Virus record (IMG/VR): IMGVR_UViG_3300025483_001155
Length of the DNA stretch: 64,000 bases
Strand: one strand, 5' to 3'
Source of the DNA: an uncultured virus (IMG/VR IMGVR_UViG_3300025483_001155)
Taxonomy: Duplodnaviria > Heunggongvirae > Uroviricota > Caudoviricetes
Of this stretch, positions 29,220-37,508 are shown piece by piece. A model generated the notes under the pieces. The model was given only the letters and a program-made list of their open reading frames with translations, was not told the origin of the DNA and made no database searches. The position numbers and the translations under genes are program-made. Position 1 is the first letter of the stretch; each line of letters begins with the position of its first letter.

Positions 29220-29318
29220 ATTATTTCTCCTCTGCTTGATGGCTTTACCCCATCGCTCACGTTAAAGATAGGCTCGACGTTGCCTACAAACTATTTATAA
29301 CATATTTTAATTGCAATG

Positions 29319-29897
29319 TCAAGTATTGAATTTATTCTTAATAATTTCAACCACTCTGTCAGATAGAACTATCTCATAATGATTTCTATCTACTTCTGCA
29401 TATTCTATATCATCGCGGCAAGTCATACTTTTACGTGTGACAATACCATCGTTCTCACCTGATATCCATGGTACATCGCCAACTGTTGTGACTACCTGAA
29501 GCCAATTACACGAAATATCAATATTACGACTGCCTCTGATAAATCTACTATGTGTTGTAATGTCACTAAACATTTCATAGCCTGAAAAGAACTTCATAGA
29601 AGCACCCCACACAGCAATCTCGCTGCCATTAAAAGGTGTTGCCAAACTAACAACATTCTTTATTGTATCAAATTCACTTTGTAAATAAGTTGCATATACA
29701 CCGCCAAGACTATGTGCTATTACAAAAAATTCATCGTCTATATTATTTAAAGTTTCCACCATTGTAGCAAGATTATCAACTGCTGCATTATGTTTACTAT
29801 AATTTAAGTATATTGGATCTTTGGTTTCTAAAGATTTTTGAATAAAGGCAAAACTTCTTTCACTGGCGGTAGCACCATGTATATACACTATTCTCAT
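29319..29897 (-). CDS. Alpha/beta hydrolase
   Basis: YIHG, AHSLGG, LATPFNGS, NDGIV, NHY. Confidence 0.85.
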   Translation of the reverse strand: MRIVYIHGATASERSFAFIQKSLETKDPIYLNYSKHNAAVDNLATMVETLNNIDDEFFVIAHSLGGVYATYLQSEFDTIKNVVSLATPFNGSEIAVWGASMKFFSGYEMFSDITTHSRFIRGSRNIDISCNWLQVVTTVGDVPWISGENDGIVTRKSMTCRDDIEYAEVDRNHYEIVLSDRVVEIIKNKFNT

Positions 29898-29901
29898 TCA
29901 A

Positions 29902-30597
29902 TTAAGTCCCAGTGCTGTTATGTTTTCTAGCCATAAATTCTTTTGCTGTTTCAACCGCAACTGCAGCATCTCTGCAATAAGCATCTGCACCAATTGCATT
30001 GCCGAATTCTTCATTCAATGGAGCACCGCCTACTAATATAGTATAATCATCCCGTATGCCCTTTTCTACCATTGTATCAATTACAACTTTCATGTAAGGC
30101 ATCGTGGTTGTAAGTAACGCACTCATTCCTAGTATGTGTGGCTTATGTTCTTCCATTGCCTCCAAGTAACTTTCAACTGAATTATTAATCCCAATATCAA
30201 CTACCTCAAAGCCAGCACCTTCCATCATCATGCCCACTAGGTTCTTGCCTATATCGTGTATGTCGCCTTTAACAGTGCCAATCACCATTGTTCCAACTTG
30301 TGGCGCACCGGTTTCTGCTAGTAAAGGTTTCAGAATAGCCATTCCACCCTTCATCGCATTTGCTGCCAGCAAAACTTCAGGTACAAAAAGAATACCATCT
30401 CTGAAATCTATACCAACAATTGTCATACCTGCAACTAATGATTCTGTTAACACACGATATGGTTCCCAACCACGTTCTAAAAGAATATTAGTACCTTCTT
30501 CGACTTCCTCTTTGAGACCATCATACAGATCGTCTCCCATTTGAATCACAAGTTCATCGTCTGGCAACTCTGATAAAATGATTTCATCTTCACTCAT
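29902..30597 (-). CDS. Stand-alone cobalamin-binding corrinoid protein (MetH B12 domain/MtbC-like)
   Basis: Cap domain FVPEVLLAANAM; GTVKGDIHDIGKNLV (DxHxxG), SALLTTT, VGGAP. Confidence 0.92.
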   Translation of the reverse strand: MSEDEIILSELPDDELVIQMGDDLYDGLKEEVEEGTNILLERGWEPYRVLTESLVAGMTIVGIDFRDGILFVPEVLLAANAMKGGMAILKPLLAETGAPQVGTMVIGTVKGDIHDIGKNLVGMMMEGAGFEVVDIGINNSVESYLEAMEEHKPHILGMSALLTTTMPYMKVVIDTMVEKGIRDDYTILVGGAPLNEEFGNAIGADAYCRDAAVAVETAKEFMARKHNSTGT

Positions 30598-30783
30598 AAT
30601 ATAATACTCTTTCAATTGTCATATATTTATATAGTTTCATCCCATAATTTAAAATCATTAGAAATTTCTTCCGGCAATCTGCTGTCAAATTCGGTAATTA
30701 TGTCTGATACTGATATCGGACCATTTAACTGTAATGGCATATAAATTCTCCTAGAATAATAATGTTATCTGTATTTATCAATA

Positions 30784-30808
30784 AAAAAGGGGAGCCATAA
30801 GGCTCCCC
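30784..30808 (-). terminator. Rho-independent terminator
   Basis: GGGGAGCC-TTAT-GGCTCCCC followed by U tract. Confidence 0.75.
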
Positions 30809-30836
30809 AATTATACAATAAAGCGTTAAATTATTA

Positions 30837-31604
30837 TTAGAACGCAAAACTAAGTGTGACTGAAGGAGTAACTTCTTCGTCATCTACATCATAGTTAACG
30901 TCAGTTGATAATGTGACACCAGCAAAATCGGCGTCGTGGCCGATACCAATATTTTCTAGTGAATCATTTTCGTCGCCATTGATGTATGCTGTAAAACCTG
31001 ATACGGTTGTATCTAATTCATATGCTAATACATCGTCTTCATAAGATGTTGTGCCACCCAATGCAACACCAGAAACTTCAACAGTATCGAAACGTGCACC
31101 CCAGACATACTCTTCAGATGTGCGATTATAATCCATTGATGCAGTTACATCAACAACTTCCAAGTCAATTGAATATGCAAGTTGAACATTAGATACTTCA
31201 GTAACATCAGTTGTAATATCAGTAAATCCAACTGCAACCGCCGCTGGGCCGTATGATAATGTCAATGATTCATCAATTACTGGTTTTGAAATTGAAGAAA
31301 AATCAGATGTCGCTTCAACAAAAACACCATCCTGATCACCGTATGATACTGTTACATCTGCAACTTCTGTGCCGACATGCCATTTATCTAGTGTGATTGT
31401 ACCACCATCAACAGAGTCGAACTCTAGTCCAACATTCGCGGCGCCTTCGCCTGCAGCAACATCAACACCAATTGTAGTCGTGGCTTCATACTTATCAGTT
31501 GCATCATTTTCTGCAACTTTCATTTTTACAGAAGCATCAACCTCTGCAGCAAATGAATTTGTAGCCATTAAAATAGCGGCTACTGTTGTTAGTAATAATT
31601 TCAT
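30837..31604 (-). CDS. Outer-membrane beta-barrel/porin-like protein
   Basis: Signal peptide MKLLLTT..SFA; acidic alternating beta strands; terminal Phe (LSFAF). Confidence 0.7.
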   Translation of the reverse strand: MKLLLTTVAAILMATNSFAAEVDASVKMKVAENDATDKYEATTTIGVDVAAGEGAANVGLEFDSVDGGTITLDKWHVGTEVADVTVSYGDQDGVFVEATSDFSSISKPVIDESLTLSYGPAAVAVGFTDITTDVTEVSNVQLAYSIDLEVVDVTASMDYNRTSEEYVWGARFDTVEVSGVALGGTTSYEDDVLAYELDTTVSGFTAYINGDENDSLENIGIGHDADFAGVTLSTDVNYDVDDEEVTPSVTLSFAF

Positions 31605-31733
31605 TATAATATTTCCTTTTAAACAAAAAAATATGAGCAATGTAATTGCTCATACTACTATACTTATACTAATATAATACATTTTTGCTTTATTATCAAG
31701 GGGTTATAAAATTAATAATATTAACAGTGATAT

Positions 31734-31919
31734 TTATATCACATTGATAATATCATCCAATGCTTTAATTATTACAGTAAACGATCCCATGTCTGGTTGC
31801 CACATTTCCAATGCTTCTCTTCCAGCAGCATCTGCAAGTTCTTTAGAACTATACACCCCTACAATATTGCTATATTCAGAGTTATATTTATACAAGGTAG
31901 TGATATAAATATTTGTCAT
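31734..31919 (-). CDS. Small hypothetical protein
   Basis: IVGVYSSKELA motif common in phage small proteins. Confidence 0.55.
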   Translation of the reverse strand: MTNIYITTLYKYNSEYSNIVGVYSSKELADAAGREALEMWQPDMGSFTVIIKALDDIINVI

Positions 31920-32040
31920 TATTTTATACCTTTAATATGTTTAAAAAGTGTTACACAATGAGCAAAGCATTTTGGATAATGTTCAGGGTCGGGCAACGAG
32001 TCACCAAAGTATTCAATGAATTCTTTTATTAATTCATCAT

Positions 32041-32283
32041 TCATAATTTTTTAACCTTTGATTTGACAACTGTTTTTTTCTTCTTAGTGGGTTTCTTTTT
32101 AACTGAAATAACGTCATCTGTTTTGTTGTACCAATTCCATCTAGTTAGCAATGGTCCAACTGCATATTCAACTTGCGAGTCATTCCAGTTATATAGTTTT
32201 TTTATATCGCTGTATAACTTTTCTTTGTCAGTGTATATGCCCATCATACTAATGATGTTTTTGTCAATATCAATCCAATTCAT
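32041..32283 (-). CDS. Hypothetical protein
   Basis: 80 aa, basic tail. Confidence 0.55.
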   Translation of the reverse strand: MNWIDIDKNIISMMGIYTDKEKLYSDIKKLYNWNDSQVEYAVGPLLTRWNWYNKTDDVISVKKKPTKKKKTVVKSKVKKL

Positions 32284-32349
32284 TCAGTCTTCCAACCAGT
32301 CATACATTCAATTCTTTCCACATAATAGTTCTTACAATTATTTTTTTAT

Positions 32350-32697
32350 TCAGTCGCTTAACTTTTTGTCCAAATCAGAAATTTTATTTTCAATTAGTTG
32401 TCTTAGTCCTTCGATTTCAGCATCATAGTCTAAGTCTTCCCAGATTTCTGATGTTTCATCATCAACATAAGCATAAACTACGTTAAGTTTTTCGTCTAAC
32501 TTTGCTAGTGCAGACTTTAGTTCTTTTATATCACGTTTCATATTAACGTCATCTTCAACTGCCATACGGCTTGTTAGTTCTGCTACTTGTTGATTAAGTT
32601 GCGAAATAGTTTGTGCTTGTTGTGCTGTCCACCATACAAACGCACTTACTTGTAATACGATTGCAATAACAACACCTATGCTAAATTTGTTATTCAT
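32350..32697 (-). CDS. Membrane-anchored coiled-coil protein
   Basis: Likely start MNNKFSIG; N-terminal TM followed by heptads. Confidence 0.65.
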   Translation of the reverse strand: MNNKFSIGVVIAIVLQVSAFVWWTAQQAQTISQLNQQVAELTSRMAVEDDVNMKRDIKELKSALAKLDEKLNVVYAYVDDETSEIWEDLDYDAEIEGLRQLIENKISDLDKKLSD

Positions 32698-32857
32698 CGC
32701 TGTTCTCTGACTTCCAGATTGTCCATATACCATATGCAATTGCTGCATACGCAATTAAATCAACTGGTACGAGAAGCATTGCAATTCCAGTTGCGATTAA
32801 TGCAGCCCCATCAAGTGTTGTACGTTCTTTTAGTCTATTTTTAATCCAATTAATCAT
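32690..32857 (-). CDS. Small 2-TM membrane protein (55 aa)
   Basis: Manual translation MINWIKNRLKERTTLDGAALIATGIAMLLV...; GAGGAG SD. Confidence 0.65.
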   Translation of the reverse strand: MINWIKNRLKERTTLDGAALIATGIAMLLVPVDLIAYAAIAYGIWTIWKSENSDE

Positions 32858-33779
32858 TTTGTTTCTCCTCTGTTAATTTAGTATAAAACAATTCTTCATC
32901 TGGACAATTACTATGTTCAATCTGAATTGTAGTGTGAACTATTTTATATTTATCGATTAATAGTTTTTTGGTATTATATATTGTATCATCACATTCGCCA
33001 TCATCCAATATATTAATGTGCATAGCGGCTGAAATTTGCCCACTTGCTAATTCCCATATATGTATATGGTGAATATTATTAACATGATCTACATTTGTCA
33101 TAATATCTTTTACTATAACATCAATGTCGATATGATTTGGTTTACCTGTCATTAGTATTCTAAGACAATCTTTTAATAGTTCCCAACCACTTTTCAATAT
33201 CAAACTAGCAAGAATTACACTTATAATTGGATCAATATAATACCAATCAGTAAAGTATATAACAATACCACCAATAATGGCGCCGACACTTCCCAGAATA
33301 TCCAACAAGATATGTAGTATCACTCCTCGCATATTAATATTATGGCCATCATGATGATGATGCACAACTTTATATAATATTAAATTAACAAACAACCCAG
33401 TGATTGCGATTGGCAACATCCAATATATGTCAACAGGCTCAGGATTTAATATTCTATATATGGCTTCATATATTATATATGCAAATAGTAATATCCACAT
33501 TAACGCATTTAAAAAGGCAGCAATGACTTCGGCTCTCATAAATCCATACGAGTAAGTTTCAGTGGGAGGTTTTCGACCTATCCAAAATCCAAATACTGCG
33601 ATAATCATTGCCAATGCATCCGTCGAAAGATGCAATGCATCACTTAATAATGCTAAAGAATTACTTATGTATGCGCCAAATAATTCAATGCCCACAAATA
33701 AGACTAAGATAAAAATACTTATTTTTAATGCACGTTCTTCTTTGCCTGCTTTTCTTATATGATACTGATTATGTTTCAT
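32850..33779 (-). CDS. Cation diffusion facilitator (CzcD/ZitB-like Zn/Co/Cd transporter)
   Basis: SLALLSDALH..D, YGFMRAE, His-rich loop HHHHDGH, NMRGVILHILLD, HIHIW, HTTIQIE. Confidence 0.93.
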   Translation of the reverse strand: MKHNQYHIRKAGKEERALKISIFILVLFVGIELFGAYISNSLALLSDALHLSTDALAMIIAVFGFWIGRKPPTETYSYGFMRAEVIAAFLNALMWILLFAYIIYEAIYRILNPEPVDIYWMLPIAITGLFVNLILYKVVHHHHDGHNINMRGVILHILLDILGSVGAIIGGIVIYFTDWYYIDPIISVILASLILKSGWELLKDCLRILMTGKPNHIDIDVIVKDIMTNVDHVNNIHHIHIWELASGQISAAMHINILDDGECDDTIYNTKKLLIDKYKIVHTTIQIEHSNCPDEELFYTKLTEEKQND

Positions 33780-34692
33780 TAATTTTTTTCTTTGTACTAT
33801 AAAGTTCTCTAATACCATTTGAAATATCAACTGTCGGGTGCCATCCAAGAAGTTTTTTTGCTTTAACTATGTCAGCAAGTGTTTCACTTGCATAACCTTT
33901 AGGCTTCTCTTGGTTCTCTACTTTTAAATTAGGAAAAAACTCTCGTAATATTTCAACAACTTGATTTACTGAAACGTTTTCACCTGTGCCTACATTAAAA
34001 ATTTCACTCTTTACTTTAGACTCCATACTCGCAATACAAGCACGTGCTACATCACTAACGTGTATGTAATCTCTTCTATACTCACCATCACCATGAACTG
34101 TCAATGGAATGTTTTCATTTGCCATACGATAAAATCTACTAATCATTAATCCATTATGATCATCAGATGGTTGTTCATCTCCATATACTGTGAAAAATCT
34201 CAATACATTATAATTCAATCCAAAAACATTTTTATATTGTCTACATAATTGCTCACCGAATAACTTGGTCATTGCATAATAATTTAGTGGATCTGGTTTA
34301 TGAAATGGTTTATGTGGAATTGGATTATTTCCATATATACTTGATGAACTTGCAAACACAAATTTACGAATACCTACTGCGTGTGCTGCGGTCAACATAT
34401 TACGTGTACCAGTAACATTTATATCAAAATATAAGTCAGGATCAATAAAACTGTCTGGTATTCGTGTCTTTGCTGCAAGATGAATAACAAAATCTTTTCC
34501 AGCAGTCGCCATTATACACTTAGCAGCTTTTTGTACATCACCCTTAATATAATTAACCATTTTAAAGTCATCAGGCTTTTCAGCGATATCCAAAACAGTT
34601 ACATCATAGCCTTTTCTTAATAATTGCCGGACAACTTCTCTACCCACAAAACCTGCGCCGCCCGTTACCAGAACTTTACCTTTTACTAACAT
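33769..34692 (-). CDS. NAD-dependent nucleotide-sugar epimerase/dehydratase
   Basis: TGGAGFVG, HLAA, ASSSSIYG, YAMTK, RFFTVYG, RDYIHV. Confidence 0.92.
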   Translation of the reverse strand: MLVKGKVLVTGGAGFVGREVVRQLLRKGYDVTVLDIAEKPDDFKMVNYIKGDVQKAAKCIMATAGKDFVIHLAAKTRIPDSFIDPDLYFDINVTGTRNMLTAAHAVGIRKFVFASSSSIYGNNPIPHKPFHKPDPLNYYAMTKLFGEQLCRQYKNVFGLNYNVLRFFTVYGDEQPSDDHNGLMISRFYRMANENIPLTVHGDGEYRRDYIHVSDVARACIASMESKVKSEIFNVGTGENVSVNQVVEILREFFPNLKVENQEKPKGYASETLADIVKAKKLLGWHPTVDISNGIRELYSTKKKINET

Positions 34693-34982
34693 ATAAATTC
34701 TTTCTTAATTTCTTTATTCAATATATTTAGTCTATTAATGTTTTTACAATTATAACAGAATAATAACCAAATAGCAAGCATTATTTAACTTGACGGAGTG
34801 TCACAGTTGCACTACACGCATACCGAGTCTTCGCAAAATGCAGTTGTTTTTAGTGTTTTTTAGTGTTATATTACTATAAATAAAAGTGTAAGATAAGCGA
34901 CCTCAGCTTATAAAAAATGAGTGGCACTGGGAAAGACTAGGGTATTGCTTCCCTCAAGCATCAAAAAATTTGGAGAAACTGA

Positions 34983-35177
34983 ATGACACTAAACCTATTT
35001 AGTGCCCTAGCAAATCTTTTTGGAGGATTTCCTAATAGGGCAACAAAACGCTCAGACTTAATGACTTGGGCAAAAACAGAGTATGCACGTGATTGGGAAT
35101 TTGCTTACCAATACATGCTTGATAACCGTGGCAAAGCGCCATCACACAGACACACACAAGGAATAACACATGATTAA
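34983..35177 (+). CDS. Small hypothetical protein
   Basis: GGAG SD; WAKTEY.RDW.FAY motif. Confidence 0.65.
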   Translation: MTLNLFSALANLFGGFPNRATKRSDLMTWAKTEYARDWEFAYQYMLDNRGKAPSHRHTQGITHD

Positions 35178-35403
35178 TAAACTAGTAGTAGCATACAAAA
35201 ATTTTAGAACTGAAATGGATTATAGAAATAAAGTTCGTACAACAATCAAAGAACTGTCCGCACTTTCAAATTATGAACTAAATGATATCGGAATCTCACG
35301 TGGTGAAATTTATGATGTTGCACACAATTCATATAAAAGGCCAGTAACGGTTTTGGCTAATGATAATGTAAGAGTAAACGAAAATTTGAGAGGATTTGTA
35401 TAA
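35170..35403 (+). CDS. DUF1127 (YjiS-like) small protein
   Basis: R.TIKELSALSNYELNDIGISRGEI. Confidence 0.88.
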   Translation: MINKLVVAYKNFRTEMDYRNKVRTTIKELSALSNYELNDIGISRGEIYDVAHNSYKRPVTVLANDNVRVNENLRGFV

Positions 35404-35576
35404 TGACTACACTTGTAATGAACTACACGGTTAATCCTTTTTGGAATGCTCTTAAAGTATTCGGTCGCGGAGCATGGAACTTTTGCGAGTCGATGGGCAA
35501 AGCAAGAGCGGCCGCTGAACTATCACGTCAAGGCTACACCGAAGCTGCAAAAAACCTAATGTTGGAGAACAAATAA
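35403..35576 (+). CDS. Small protein (57 aa)
   Basis: Manual translation MTTLVMNY..ESMGKARAAAELSRQGYTEAAKNLMLENK; TAATG coupling. Confidence 0.65.
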   Translation: MTTLVMNYTVNPFWNALKVFGRGAWNFCESMGKARAAAELSRQGYTEAAKNLMLENK

Positions 35577-35710
35577 TGTTTAAACGTTTTATCAAAGCAA
35601 TGGAATACCGTTCATACTGTATGGCAATTCGTGAATTACGCAACAAAGGCTTATATAAAGAAGCACAACGTGTCAGTGAATATAAGCACAATATGTATCC
35701 TACTACTTAG
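35576..35710 (+). CDS. Small protein (44 aa)
   Basis: Manual translation MFKRFIKAMEYRSYCMAIRELRNKGLYKEAQRV..; TAATG coupling, GGAG SD. Confidence 0.6.
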   Translation: MFKRFIKAMEYRSYCMAIRELRNKGLYKEAQRVSEYKHNMYPTT

Positions 35711-35724
35711 TAGTATGATCGAAG

Positions 35725-35976
35725 TTAATTAGGACCAGCAATGAAATGTAGTTTGAGCATTATGCCTTCTACATCTGCTGGTTCAAGATAAGGTATAACA
35801 TCATCTCCTGTATGTATACCAGGTAGTTGAACAAAATTATTATTCTTGAACACCGCAATTTCATAAAGTTTTTTGCCTGGTTCTTGTATTACACTTAACT
35901 CATACTTACCAAAATATTTTTTGGCTTGAAAGTGTTGTGGTCGTATTTCATTAAATTTTAAATCACAAAAATTCAT
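35725..35976 (-). CDS. Hypothetical protein
   Basis: YELSVI..LYEIAVF motif; likely start MNFCD. Confidence 0.6.
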   Translation of the reverse strand: MNFCDLKFNEIRPQHFQAKKYFGKYELSVIQEPGKKLYEIAVFKNNNFVQLPGIHTGDDVIPYLEPADVEGIMLKLHFIAGPN

Positions 35977-36184
35977 TGTTTGTATCCTCAAATTTTTCTT
36001 CTATTGATTTAATATGTTTGCATTTTTTAAATGCTGGACAATCACATGTAAATCCCTTGTCAGACATTTTAATTGTGTATATATTATCTTTGCTGCCTGA
36101 CACATTCCATTCGGTGTCAACTGCCCAATGGTCTTTAGTATTAATCAGGTCACTGGGAAATATACGTGGCCCATACTTTGCCAT
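35963..36184 (-). CDS. SWIM zinc-finger protein
   Basis: GS..YT..CDCPAFKKCKH. Confidence 0.75.
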   Translation of the reverse strand: MAKYGPRIFPSDLINTKDHWAVDTEWNVSGSKDNIYTIKMSDKGFTCDCPAFKKCKHIKSIEEKFEDTNNEFL

Positions 36185-36525
36185 TATACAGTTTCAAATC
36201 CAAAATTTGCTACAACTGAACGATTGCCATCAGCATCTTCGATAATATTTCCAACTGAAATACTAGACATTTTTCCAAATCGCTCAATACGATCTTCTGG
36301 TCCAATATTTCCTACTTCAAAAACATGATCAAGACTATCAGCAACAATGTTGGCAACGTGAGTATAACATTCATCGAATTTCATAGCAGCCGCTTTAAAA
36401 TTTCCAAATGTTGCATCTGCATATGCAGTTGCTTTTTCATGACAATTCCAGCCCTCTTTATTAACCAGTTCTACTAGTTTTTCATCTAATTGAATTTGAT
36501 AAACTTTAAAAACTTGAACTGACAT
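36184..36525 (-). CDS. Hypothetical early protein
   Basis: VFEVGN..SISVGNII..FGF; downstream of promoter repeat. Confidence 0.7.
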   Translation of the reverse strand: MSVQVFKVYQIQLDEKLVELVNKEGWNCHEKATAYADATFGNFKAAAMKFDECYTHVANIVADSLDHVFEVGNIGPEDRIERFGKMSSISVGNIIEDADGNRSVVANFGFETV

Positions 36526-36547
36526 ATGAGATTTCCTTGTTGCTATC

Positions 36548-36585
36548 TATACATTCTTTATAGACTGATTCGTTTTTTATACAGG
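36548..36585 (-). promoter_or_regulatory. Promoter repeat copy with GANTC, degenerate -35
   Basis: TATAAA 36557-62; TGATTCG 36566-72. Confidence 0.65.
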
Positions 36586-36792
36586 TCTATATACAGCCCT
36601 ATCTACAAATGTATGTGTGTGCATTGGATTGTAATAAGGCATTGGTTCTTCGAACGTTTCAATGCTTTTTGTAAGTACATCTGCCTTAACCATTTTTTCC
36701 AAATGATACCTAGCAGTAGGATTTTTAATACCATTCTCTTTAGCATATTCATTAATAGTAACACTAATAGTTGGAACTGCAAATTTAAACAT
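36577..36792 (-). CDS. Small putative winged-helix DNA-binding protein
   Basis: TINEYAKENGIKNPTARYHLEKMVK; AAGGAG SD. Confidence 0.6.
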   Translation of the reverse strand: MFKFAVPTISVTINEYAKENGIKNPTARYHLEKMVKADVLTKSIETFEEPMPYYNPMHTHTFVDRAVYRPV

Positions 36793-36814
36793 CTATTAAC
36801 TCCTTATTTCTAAC

Positions 36815-36855
36815 TTTATACATTCTTTATAGACTGATTCGTTTGAATTGTCAAG
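36815..36855 (-). promoter_or_regulatory. Repeated early sigma70 promoter with GANTC site
   Basis: TTGACA 36849-54, 17 bp, TATAAA 36826-31; TGATTCG 36835-41. Confidence 0.85.
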
Positions 36856-36877
36856 TATTATTTCACACTTTTAGAGA

Positions 36878-37063
36878 TTAAACCTCGTCAATTAGAACAC
36901 AATCTTCCTCTTCATCTTTACTCAGGTAAATCGCATCAAAAAGAGTTTTTGGTACAACGCCCAGACCAACTGCACGACGAGTTTGACAATAATGTGCATA
37001 ATCTTCACACTCTTTAATTTCTGGTAGATATAAGTGTGATGAAACGATAATTTCTTGTGTCAT
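36878..37063 (-). CDS. Small hypothetical early protein
   Basis: Own promoter at 37095-37123. Confidence 0.6.
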   Translation of the reverse strand: MTQEIIVSSHLYLPEIKECEDYAHYCQTRRAVGLGVVPKTLFDAIYLSKDEEEDCVLIDEV

Positions 37064-37080
37064 GTGATTCTCTTTCTTGT

Positions 37081-37124
37081 TAACTTATACATACTTTATA
37101 GAGTATTTTGTTCTTGATGTCAAG
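37081..37124 (-). promoter_or_regulatory. Promoter repeat copy lacking the spacer GANTC
   Basis: TTGACA 37118-23, 17 bp, TATAAA 37095-100. Confidence 0.75.
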
Positions 37125-37142
37125 TAAAAAAATAATGTTTAT

Positions 37143-37340
37143 TCAACTAAATTTTTCTACGTGGACAACAAACCCAACTTGGCGCTTAGGATCATTAACG
37201 TCATGCCCGCTATCGTGCGTAAATGGTCCACGAATGTGAGTGTCACGGTCAGGGCGGCCTGTTTCTTTTGTATTAAAACGTTTGATATAAGTTTCGGCTT
37301 CTTCTTTTGTTTTGAAGAAATAACTGTTTTTCTTATGCAT
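37143..37340 (-). CDS. Small hypothetical early protein
   Basis: FKTKEEAETY motif; own promoter. Confidence 0.6.
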   Translation of the reverse strand: MHKKNSYFFKTKEEAETYIKRFNTKETGRPDRDTHIRGPFTHDSGHDVNDPKRQVGFVVHVEKFS

Positions 37341-37354
37341 GACGAATCCCTTTT

Positions 37355-37401
37355 CTCTAACTTATACATTCTTTATAAAGTGATTCGGTTAGAATGTCAA
37401 G
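37355..37401 (-). promoter_or_regulatory. Repeated early sigma70 promoter with GANTC site
   Basis: TTGACA 37395-400, 17 bp, TATAAA 37372-77; TGATTCG 37381-87; near-identical to 26371-26417. Confidence 0.85.
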
Positions 37402-37508
37402 TGAAAAACGCAAGAAAGAATCCTGCGTTTTCAATGACTTATAAATTAATTTGTATATATCTTACGATATGCTTAGGTGTCTACTCCATACATTACAATG
37501 CTATTATA

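Noticed and set aside
29236..29258. Fluoride riboswitch (GCGATGGGGT)
   Set aside because: Downstream conserved UAAUGA..CUAC elements are absent
34807..34843. LysR (LsrB/VtlR)-like binding site upstream of DUF1127 operon
   Set aside because: GCAT/TGCA words are present but the match is too loose to support
34921..34945. Cobalamin riboswitch (GCACTGGGAA resembles part of the B12 element)
   Set aside because: Too short and lacks the other conserved elements; not next to the corrinoid gene
37157..37369. ORF starting MYKLEK, similar to the MYKLER start of 25960..26385
   Set aside because: The similarity comes from the promoter repeat; true starts are downstream
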